DNA from: Squalus acanthias
Taxonomy: Eukaryota
Direction of reading: 5' to 3'
Assembly: GCA_030390025.1 (NCBI GenBank)
Contig: JASTWF010000035.1
Span: forward strand, 682,001 to 746,000
DNA: 64,000 nt
Shown here: piece after piece, positions 1 through 8,979 of the stretch
Layout: each line of letters begins with the position of its first letter
Position numbering within the stretch: position 1 is the first letter of the stretch
Notes under the pieces: generated by a model
What the model saw: the letters and a program-made list of their open reading frames with translations, nothing else
The model's database searches: none
What the model was told of the DNA's origin: nothing
Translations under genes and position numbers: made by a program

Positions 1-2862
1 AAGTGGAAGTGTATACTGATGGCATGGCAGGAGGGGGGTGGAAGAGGTATTCTCGGGTCTGATCTCCTATCGGGACACGGGATCCTCGTGGACCTCAGAA
101 ATCACTGTCTCTGGGGGGCTAAAGGTGAAAAAGGCGAGGTAATAGTGATTCCGGGGGAGGAAGAAACAGGGGTCCTGTGTACCGTACAGCCATCCGGAGG
201 CTACGACCTCAGGCTTATGGTCGCAGATGTCCCAACGGACATGCAAACGTACGTGTCAGATAATATGCACGCGTTTGCAACCCACAAGCACGATTGTGGG
301 AGAGTGGTCGGGTTTGAGGTCAGCGTAGATGGGGACCCCATGACCCGACCCCAAAAGCAGTATAACTTCCCCAAAGAAGCAGAACCCGATATGGAGACAG
401 CAATGTCCTCCTTGGTGCAGCAGGGCGTGTTGAGGCCGATAGCCACACACGTGAACTCCCCATTATGGCCGGTTAGGAAGCCGGATAATTCGTGGAGAGC
501 CACGGTGGACTACAGAGTCCTTAACAGTAACATTCCCGCCTGCGCGCCCACGGTAGCAGCAGTTGCTGACCTAATAGGGAGCATCCCAGCGTCCGCGACC
601 ACGTTCACGGTGCTGGATATCTCGAACGGTTTTTGGTCCATCCCGCTGCGGCGAGAGGACCAGTACAAGTTTGCCTTTACTTTCAAAGGACAACAGTACA
701 CATGGAACTGTCTGCCACAGGGTTTCCACAATAGCCCCAGTATTTTCCATCAGTGTATGGCAGGAAGTTTAAAGGAGTTTAGTCAGCCCAATCAGATAGT
801 GCAGTATGTGGATGATTTGCTCCTATTTACGGACTCAAGGGAGGAGCATGGACCACTACTGGACGAGTTGTTGGAGCTGTTAGCAAGAAAGGGTTTTAAA
901 ATAAACCCTAAGAAAGCACGTATCGGTCAGCGGGAAGTAAAATTCCTGGGACTGACCATACGCGCTGGGGAAAGAGCCATAGACAAAGCAAGGAGGGAGT
1001 CGGTGCAAGAATTACCGATTCCCAACAACGTAAGGGGTGTGAGGTCCTTCTTGGGACTGACCGGTTACTGCAGGGATTTTATCGAAGATTATGCGGCCAC
1101 AGCAGCGCCGCTCCTCCGACTCCTCCATAAGGGGGTGGAGTGGTCTTGGGACGAGGGCTGCCAAGCAGCCTTCGAGAAGTTAAAAAGGGATCTGCAGACC
1201 GCGCCAGCCTTAGGGGCCATAGATGGGGGGAAGGAGTTTTTCCTGGAGGTAGCTGCCAGCGGAGACAGCTTAAGCGCCGTACTGCTCCAAGAGCGTCACG
1301 GCAAGCTGAGGCCGGTTGTCTATTCATCCAGGGTGTTAACGGATGTGGAGAGAAGTTTCTCCAATTGCGAAAGGCACCTTTTAGCCACGCATTGGGCTGT
1401 GAAAAGATCAGCGATCTTCACAGGGCTCTCTCCCATCACTCTCCTCACACATCACACACCAACTAAGATGCTTCTGGATGGGAGGATTAAAGACGGGACC
1501 GTAAGCAGCGCGCGCATTGCGCGTTGGACCCTTCTTCTCTCCCAGTTGGATCTTAGAGTAAAAGGTCTTTGCGAGCCCAGGCTTGCGGCCAATTTGGTAT
1601 ACCCCGGTACAGCCCACCGGTGTTCGGTGGAAGGGGTGTGGGACGTCAACATAGGTTTACGGGCCGGGATACATCCCACTGGGCGCGAGATTTATGTTGA
1701 TGGGTCTAGCACAGTATCTGCTGGCGAGCGACTCACAGGGTGTGGAGTTTATGACCCTGCGGCAGACCTTGCCCTGGCGATCAAGCTCCCTAGCACCATG
1801 AGCGCGCAGCAAGCTGAGCTGTCTGCCGTGGTGTACGTTGTGACCCACCCAGACATTTTCCCAACCCCATACACGATTTGCTCGGACAGTATGTTCACCT
1901 GCAATTCGTGCACGGAATACCTGGCCATTTGGTCCCGCCGTGGATACACCTCCGCGGACGGGCGACCTTTAACGGTGAAGCCCTTGCTGGAAAAGATCTT
2001 AGCAGCAGCAGTAGGGGAGGAAGGAGAGATTTTCATCCATAAGGTGAAAGCTCACTCCTCCACAGAGCCCCGTGGGGAGGGCAACCAGCAGGCGGATGCG
2101 CTAGCCAGGGAAGGTGCCCGCAACGGCATTTTCTGGAACCCCTATGGGACCAGACCCATAGCAGCGGTCCGAGGCAGGGACGGGAATCCCGGGAACACCA
2201 GGGTAGCATTGCCCCTAGACCTTAAGACCGTCCAAGCCCAGGATCCCGCCCTAAAAGCAGTCCTAAAAACCATTGCTGAGGGGAGACAGGTAGAAGGTCC
2301 GTACAGTACGGCAACCCTCTCAGTTAAGGAAGGCATGCTGTTCCGCGAGGAGCAGTGGGTTGTGCCGCAGCAGCACAGGAGGGAATTCCTCCAGTTGGCT
2401 CACGAGGGACCAGGGGCAGGGCACCCCGGGCCCGAGGTTACCTGGCAACGGGTAGAGCAAGCGGGATGGTGGCCAGGGCTCAGGGAACAAGTCCGCGAGT
2501 TCTGTGCAAACTGTCTTGTGTGCGCTGCAAACAACCCAGACCCCCAGAAAAGGAAGGTGCCCATGGGACACGTAAGAAGGGTAGAGGGACCATGGCAGTC
2601 GATACAGATCGACTATATAGGACCCCTGCCCACCACCCAGGGAGGTTATAAGTATTGCCTCGTCCTGGTGGATGTGTTTTCCAAGTGGGTGGAAGCCTTC
2701 CCCTGTCGAACAGCTACGGCACTGGGTACAGCAAAAATCTTGGTCCGGGAAGTGTTCTCGCGGTGGGGACTTCCCCGTTTTGTGGAGTCAGACCAAGGGA
2801 GTCATTTCACCGGCCAGGTGATGCAGAACACCCTCATGCTTTTGGGCATCCGGGATTGTTGA
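1..2862 (+). CDS. pol: Pol part 1: protease C-terminus, RT, degenerate tether RNase H, RNase H, integrase N-terminal/core. Frame is open from the window start.
   Basis: GILGSDLL (PR); VDYRVLN, LDISNGFW, LPQGFHNSP, YVDD (RT); IYVDGSS..AQQAEL..CSDS..KVKAH..GNQQAD (RNase H); H-EGPGAG-H..CLVC (HHCC); IDYIGP and ESDQG (IN D,D). Confidence 0.95.
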   Translation, partial: KWKCILMAWQEGGGRGILGSDLLSGHGILVDLRNHCLWGAKGEKGEVIVIPGEEETGVLCTVQPSGGYDLRLMVADVPTDMQTYVSDNMHAFATHKHDCGRVVGFEVSVDGDPMTRPQKQYNFPKEAEPDMETAMSSLVQQGVLRPIATHVNSPLWPVRKPDNSWRATVDYRVLNSNIPACAPTVAAVADLIGSIPASATTFTVLDISNGFWSIPLRREDQYKFAFTFKGQQYTWNCLPQGFHNSPSIFHQCMAGSLKEFSQPNQIVQYVDDLLLFTDSREEHGPLLDELLELLARKGFKINPKKARIGQREVKFLGLTIRAGERAIDKARRESVQELPIPNNVRGVRSFLGLTGYCRDFIEDYAATAAPLLRLLHKGVEWSWDEGCQAAFEKLKRDLQTAPALGAIDGGKEFFLEVAASGDSLSAVLLQERHGKLRPVVYSSRVLTDVERSFSNCERHLLATHWAVKRSAIFTGLSPITLLTHHTPTKMLLDGRIKDGTVSSARIARWTLLLSQLDLRVKGLCEPRLAANLVYPGTAHRCSVEGVWDVNIGLRAGIHPTGREIYVDGSSTVSAGERLTGCGVYDPAADLALAIKLPSTMSAQQAELSAVVYVVTHPDIFPTPYTICSDSMFTCNSCTEYLAIWSRRGYTSADGRPLTVKPLLEKILAAAVGEEGEIFIHKVKAHSSTEPRGEGNQQADALAREGARNGIFWNPYGTRPIAAVRGRDGNPGNTRVALPLDLKTVQAQDPALKAVLKTIAEGRQVEGPYSTATLSVKEGMLFREEQWVVPQQHRREFLQLAHEGPGAGHPGPEVTWQRVEQAGWWPGLREQVREFCANCLVCAANNPDPQKRKVPMGHVRRVEGPWQSIQIDYIGPLPTTQGGYKYCLVLVDVFSKWVEAFPCRTATALGTAKILVREVFSRWGLPRFVESDQGSHFTGQVMQNTLMLLGIRDC

Positions 2863-4225
2863 ACGTATGAACCGGACCCTGAAGGAGAAATTGAGGAAAG
2901 AGACTAGGAACTCGCCCCAAAAATGGGTGGAAGTTCTGCCTTTAGTCCTCATGGGGGTCCGGGCCAGTCAGTCGAAAAGTACGGGGTACTCCCCACACGA
3001 GGTAATGACTGGGAGGCTCATGCGAACCCCCACCCATGTGCTAGCGCCGGTGCTCACTGAGGGCCAGCTCCAAGAGATAAGCAGGGACAAGTTCGCCCAG
3101 ACTCTCTTGGAGCGCCTGAAGCAAGTTTATGAGCAGGCGGCTGGGAACATGGGAAGGCAGCATCAGGGCAATCGCTTGTTGCTGGAACCCCGCAAAACGC
3201 GGGAGTGGGAAGTAGGAGACCAGGTCATGGTCAGAAACTACGCCAGAGTAGGGAGTCTGGAACCACTGTATATGGGACCCTACAACATTGTAGACAAGGC
3301 GAGTCCCATGGTTTACGCCGTAAAAGTACCTCGGCGCACTAAGTGGTTCCACATAAACCAATGCAAACTGTACCAGCCAGGTGCGCAAGGGAAAACTACA
3401 GGGGTAAATCCCGCCAGTGGGAAAGCACAGCCCCAGGTAGGACCACAAGGCACACAGGCAGGCATAGCAGCTTGCATCAGGGGAAGGGACATCCCGGACG
3501 ATCATGCAGCGTTTTTCTGGAATTGGGGGTTAGATGAGGAAGAATTCAGGGTACCCGGGTCAGATGAGGACAGTGCAGATGAGGATAGTGATGACGACGG
3601 GTGGTTTCTGAGGAACGGTCTGGAGGGAACGGGGGCTGCAGATAGAGATCCACACAGGGTGGACACACAAGCTACAGGTCCCGAAGACAGGAGGGAGGAG
3701 CTAGGGGAGGCAGGGCCAGCCGCTATGGGAGCACAGAGAGTACCGGTGTGGCTCCCAGAGATGTGGCCGCCCGCTTTCAACGTCCCGTCCTCGGGGGAGG
3801 CAGAGATCACGAGTGAAGGGCCGCCTGCTGGGCCGAGCAGGGCGGAGCCACAAACTGCAAGCCCCGAGGTTAGGGAGGCGGAGTCAGCGGAGGCGGAGCC
3901 AGCGACTGTGGTGGAACCCCAGGTCATCCCGATGGAAGTCTCGGAACCCGGTCCATCCGTCACGGAACCCCCGCCCATAGCAACTCCCCGTAGGTCAAGT
4001 AGAGAACCCCAGCCCAGGAGGATGTGGTCATGCCCCCAGACTGCCCCAAGGCGTAAAATTAAGGTTAAGATAACCCAGATACAGGCCGGCCACATCGCAG
4101 CAGCAACAGGCTGCGGCAGATCAGAGGGAAGGGTCAGTGCAGCAACAGGCTGCGGCAGATCAGAGGGAAGGGTCAGTGCCCTCCCACCGTCGGGAAGAGC
4201 TCGCAGCAGCCTTCTCAGAGTTTAA
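2852..4225 (+). pseudogene. pol: Pol part 2: integrase third catalytic residue (GIVERMNRTLK), GPY/F module and long acidic/Pro-rich C-terminal extension, out of frame with part 1
   Basis: GGGATTGTTGAACGTATG at 2852 reads G-I-V-E-R-M in the frame of ORF 2867-4225; WEVGDQVMVR..YMGPY..WFHINQCK. The usual ..YHPQS.. segment is missing. Confidence 0.9.
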
Positions 4226-4515
4226 AGGGGCCGCCCTGAGAACGGGCGGCACTGTAAAGTTATAAGTTTTAAGTTTTAAGTTAATAGTTCAAGGTTAAGT
4301 TTATAGTTTTTTTTAATAAGGTTAAGATTGTAGTGTTTTTAACAGAAAACGATAAAATGATGGGAGCTTTAAAGATAGGTTTAGTTAAAGTTTATACAGC
4401 GAACGTGGAAGTTTACGTGAGGCGAGGTCAGGGGACCCGCTCACCCTTCACAGAAGCCAGAGACTCTTGCGAGGCTGGCTACCTCATTCTATCTGATCAC
4501 AGGAACCAAGGAAGG

Positions 4516-6867
4516 ATGGAACGAATTCTAGTATTGCTCGTGGCAATCGGATGTGGATTGGCCTATCGAGGCCGCACCAAGGATGTCGTGGTGTTTGGAT
4601 GTTCCGGGGACACGGCCCCCATCGCGGTGGATGGGACCGGAAGACGGGAGGCAGAGGAGACCAGCACCTATTTCCACAAGGGAAGGTGGCCAGGATGGCT
4701 GGGAACGAACTCAACGGAGTATTCTAGCACATCGGGGTTTGCCTACAAAGAGACTTCTTTACTGTGCCCCAAAGTAAGGATCATCGCACCCAGGATCAGC
4801 GTCACCGTCGGCAAACGGATTTGTTTGACTTGTAGTGGGAATGTCCCATTGAGCCGATGGTGGTGGCTGCGAAAGCTGAGCAAAACTATGAGGAACTCCT
4901 CGGTCGAGTGGGAACGACTGGGTAATAATACCCATCGGACAATTACGGGGACAAACGGACAAGTGAAAGTCTGTTGGGACAAATGGTGGGAACCGGACGA
5001 GGGAATTTATGTATGTATGTGGGGGTCAAAGTACGTTTGCCCCAAAGGCATCTCCATATTTTTCATTAATCAATGGCAGGATAACGGACAGGGGATGAGG
5101 TGGGATGCGAGCACCAGGGGGTGCGGAGCCCCATTCTCCCCGATCCCAGTAAATGCCACTGAGCTCATTACGCGCCCACGCAAAGCCCCGCCCACGATTC
5201 CGGTGGTTCTAGCTGAGGAAGAAGGGTGCCCTAAAACTAGTAAGGGACCCGGGAATGGTTTGGTACTGGTCCCCACAGACCAGATACTATTTCAGGGAGT
5301 ACATTACGCGGTGGCCTCGGTGATTTTAAATCTCACCGAGGTGCGGTTACCAGAGTGGTGCCCCAAAAAGACGGAACAGTTGTACCAGGTCCTGTTGACC
5401 AAGATGTTCAGACAATTTTACGAATTCGATTTCGCGGAAATTGATAAAACAAGTTTGTACACCGCACCACAGGAAGTTTTGAATCAAGCAGGGAGGCAAA
5501 GAAGGGGTTTGGTGAACGATGTGTTCACTGCTTTTAACACGGGTACATCTGTGGTCAACGCTCTAGACAGTGTGGAGCTGCAGACCCAGATTAATGGTTT
5601 AAAGACACAATTAAAAGACATTCTAACAGATGAGAATAAAGTGGTAGGGTCAGGTTTACACGAGGACCAAGCCATGACTCTCCATTTAAAGGAAATTATA
5701 GCTGAGCTGGAGAAACATGCAAAGACGGTAAATGCCCTGATTAGGGAAGATCGGAATGCATCCGATCAAGCTGCGCAGAACAAGGTGTGCGTGCTTTACG
5801 GGGCGTGGTTACTGGGCGAGGGCCGCAGTAATTTGGAGGATTTAAAACAAGGTTTGGTTCCGTCCTGGATAAGTAACAAACACCTGCGGGCGCTCCACCC
5901 TTTTCAGAACGCATTAAGTCCGTGCCAGCTCAGGCTAGCTTCAGAAGCTTACCCAGTCCCCGTGGACTGCGGACGATCAAACCATACTATTATGGGAATA
6001 GTATTACGCATGCCGGTTTTGGGCGACACAGCAAAGCCCGCCCCGGTGTATCGGGTAGAGAACATTGGTGTCATTCAGGGGGGAGCCCACATTCGTTACG
6101 CAGCGGTTCCACCTTACGTCATCCGCTGGGAGCAAACGATGACAGGTACAGATCTCTCTGGTTGTCGTGGCAGGGGAGCACACATAATACTGTGCCCCCA
6201 GCACTTGAATGCCTTTTTAACACCACAGTGCGGGTTCAGAACGACTGGCGCCAAGTCCATGAATTGCACCATGGAGGCAATGGCACAAGATCATGTGCCT
6301 CCGCAGGTAGCATACATCGGGGGTGGAACATATTGTGTTACCACTGCAGCGCAACACTACCAGCATGGAAACCGTAGCCGGTGTCCGGTGAGTGACAGCA
6401 GTTTCTGTTTTAAACCCAGGGCGGAAGTTCAAGTAGCACAACAGCGAATTATCCCAATCCCTGAACCATCCACTGTTCATCTCACAGTAAAAGAGAATTT
6501 CACCGACTTGCAGCGATTCGTCGCGCATTTTGGATACCTCATTCCCCCTCTCCCTGAACACCTCACCAAACTTTTAAAAGCCGTCGCGGTGTCACAGAAA
6601 CACTTTTACACATTAGAACAGAAAACTGTCGAAATAGGAACAGACATTCTGGATATAGTAGTTCCACCGTGGTGGAATCTGTTCACCAATATTGAAGTGC
6701 CTTCATGGATCAGAATAGCCTCCCACATTTTAGTCGTATGCCAAGTTTTCATTGTAGTGTACCTATTGGTCGTACATTGTAAAAGAGACAAGCGCCTCAC
6801 CAAGCATGAAAACATGGGAGAGTGGCGAGAACGTTACGTGCGCGTGCACGATGAAAGCACCGTGTAA
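4516..6867 (+). CDS. env: Envelope/fusion glycoprotein (~783 aa): signal peptide, Ig-like domain, furin site, fusion peptide, heptad repeat, Cys-rich region, TM anchor
   Basis: MERILVLLVAIGCGLA signal at ATG 4516 behind a candidate acceptor (..ctgatcacAG 4502); RQRR|GLVNDVFTAF at 5494-5535; TM ILVVCQVFIVVYLLVV; several N-X-S/T sequons; no stops. Confidence 0.9.
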   Translation: MERILVLLVAIGCGLAYRGRTKDVVVFGCSGDTAPIAVDGTGRREAEETSTYFHKGRWPGWLGTNSTEYSSTSGFAYKETSLLCPKVRIIAPRISVTVGKRICLTCSGNVPLSRWWWLRKLSKTMRNSSVEWERLGNNTHRTITGTNGQVKVCWDKWWEPDEGIYVCMWGSKYVCPKGISIFFINQWQDNGQGMRWDASTRGCGAPFSPIPVNATELITRPRKAPPTIPVVLAEEEGCPKTSKGPGNGLVLVPTDQILFQGVHYAVASVILNLTEVRLPEWCPKKTEQLYQVLLTKMFRQFYEFDFAEIDKTSLYTAPQEVLNQAGRQRRGLVNDVFTAFNTGTSVVNALDSVELQTQINGLKTQLKDILTDENKVVGSGLHEDQAMTLHLKEIIAELEKHAKTVNALIREDRNASDQAAQNKVCVLYGAWLLGEGRSNLEDLKQGLVPSWISNKHLRALHPFQNALSPCQLRLASEAYPVPVDCGRSNHTIMGIVLRMPVLGDTAKPAPVYRVENIGVIQGGAHIRYAAVPPYVIRWEQTMTGTDLSGCRGRGAHIILCPQHLNAFLTPQCGFRTTGAKSMNCTMEAMAQDHVPPQVAYIGGGTYCVTTAAQHYQHGNRSRCPVSDSSFCFKPRAEVQVAQQRIIPIPEPSTVHLTVKENFTDLQRFVAHFGYLIPPLPEHLTKLLKAVAVSQKHFYTLEQKTVEIGTDILDIVVPPWWNLFTNIEVPSWIRIASHILVVCQVFIVVYLLVVHCKRDKRLTKHENMGEWRERYVRVHDESTV

Positions 6868-7305
6868 TCGGAAAATGGCGTCACTCCCGCTCGCCACGTG
6901 CGCCGCGGAAGTTTGTACTCGATCATGATTTTCAGAGATTGTAAATACGTTGGGAACTCGACATGTTTTAAGAGTTGGTGTTGATTATTTTGGTGATGGT
7001 GTTACAGTTAAAAATGATTGTTTGGTTTTGGGTTTTGTTTTTCCTTTCCCTGAATAAAAGATGAATATACAGGTGATACGAGAGGCATCGGCCTGGTTAC
7101 GCCGGGAAGGAAAACAAGTGGTGTAAGTTTTAGGGCAAATAATGCCTACGGTGATATAAGATGTAATTTTCTTGGGAAATGAGGACGACACAGAGACCCT
7201 AGCTAGGTTAAAGTTATGGGATTAATTTGCTGGATTCGGAGAGAAATCGAGATAATATTGCTCACCACTATGATTTTTGATACGATAAGCGGAGTTATTC
7301 GCATC

Positions 7306-7317
7306 AACAGGAGGGAC
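7306..7317 (+). other. Polypurine tract of the provirus
   Basis: AACAGGAGGGAC directly precedes TGTAGAATT (LTR start). Confidence 0.7.
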
Positions 7318-8979
7318 TGTAGAATTCGCAATATATCGCGATTTTATTAATAAGGAGAAAACACAGAGTTTCGTTCAAACAGCTTTTATTTCAGCAGAAT
7401 GCTGCCAGGTTTAAAGTGGACACAAGCAGCCTGTAAAATGGCCGCCGCACCTCGTGACAGAACATTCTAGACTTTTCAACAGGCAGACAAGATGGCGTTC
7501 CAATAAACATTTGTGCAAGATCGATTAAGATTCAGCACAGTGAAGATAATACACGAGACATTATGGGTTTGCAGTATACACATAAATACTGAAATCGGTC
7601 TCCCAGGTACGAATGAAAGCTATTGTACCAAGTAATCAAGGGCCCATCCAAAAGACATTAATATGTAAAATCCCAACGACTCTACGATGAGAGAGCCGTT
7701 TAGCAGGTAGTTATACAAAACACCTGGAAGCCCCACAACCCCTCCAGGGAGAACACCGACCGATTTAACAATGGGAGAAATATTAACAGGTACTCAGACA
7801 TTTACGAGTAGCCCCGAAACCCATTAAGAACGGAGATCACCCATACAAGACATTTGAGCGCCAGACCCTAAACAAAAGAATGGACATTAAGGTTGGGCGG
7901 GAAACGGAAGATTTTGCACTATAATTGCAGGCTCCAAACCGTCCATCTTTCTCTTATCATCGTGGCTGCTCCTGTGCTCTTATCCTGTGCTCTTATTTCG
8001 TAACCTCGTGGCTGCTCCTGTGTACTCGTAGTCGGGCTCCTGCTTGCCTGTTGACTCTTTGAAAAGGACTGTTGAACTTTCTGATCCGTTCGGATCTACC
8101 TCGTGTCGCGTAACGAAGACCTATGTTGGTAACTGGCAGCGGAACCAAAGGCCCGAGATGAGATGAGATGAGATGAGATGAGATGAGAAGAGAGGAAGAC
8201 CATATCCATCGCCACGGTCAGTAAATCCCGACCGCGCCTGTAGGTCGAACAGCCAAGTTTTCCTTGCCAGGAAGACTTCTTCGAACTTGCAAAGAACATA
8301 TCACATCGATGATATTAACTGAACTGTGCTCGGAAAAGTACCTGTTAAACCAACCAACACAGGTCTTCATCACAGCAGACGGTCCAGCCTGCTAGCCGGA
8401 GCAGCAGAAGCAAGTAAACAAGTGGGACCAGGAGATCTCCTGACCGACACGTGGGTGCTGCGGTGAAAAACATCCGATCAGCTATTCGGAATTTCTCCGA
8501 GTTATCACGAGTGGTGAGCATGAGTCTCGAAATCCTACGAATCTAGTTAGGATAGATATTGATAGGGGAGGGTTTAAGGATTAAGGATATTTGTAATGTG
8601 TGCCCCTATTTACGGTGTGCCGTTCGTTCCTCGTTTCCCTAAGATCGACTATATAACTGCTTGTAAGATTGTACTGTCATTAATCTGTGCTTATGACATG
8701 TATTTCATAATCTTAAGTATCATGCAATAAAGATTTTCCATTTCGTACCATTCAACCGAGTCTACATGAGTTTCATCTCCATTACTGCTCTCGCATCTGA
8801 GTCCAGTGTCTAGAACCGTAAGGGCGAGTGATTCGAACCACTCACAGGTGTGTCTAGTGGTCCAGACTGGCTGGAGACCAGAACAGGCAACAAGGCCTAG
8901 ACCCGCACTGACATACAGGCTGCACAGAGCCGCGTGAATCTCACAGGCTGCGAGACACGCAGGGTCAGAATCCCTTACA
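7318..8979 (+). repeat. 3' LTR (~1.66 kb) of the provirus
   Basis: Starts TGTA after the PPT and ends ..CCCTTACA. TATA-like TATAAT at 7920, AATAAA at 8726, YY1-like AAAATGGCCGCC/CAAGATGGCG near 7435/7490, (GAGAT)n at 8155-8187. The 5' LTR is not in the window for confirmation. Confidence 0.7.

Larger units (their letters stand above)
1..8979 (+). mobile_element. Endogenous retrovirus-like provirus (lokiretrovirus-like), 5' part outside the window: pol - env - PPT - 3' LTR
   Basis: Order is PR C-terminus, RT, tether, RNase H, IN, env, polypurine tract, then a TG...CA bounded LTR. Sequence switches to a Penelope 3' end right after 8979. Confidence 0.88.

Noticed and set aside
4333..4515. N-terminal 61 codons of the env ORF as called by the track
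   Set aside because: Non-ATG start in an AT-rich spacer. The signal peptide begins at ATG 4516 behind a plausible splice acceptor.
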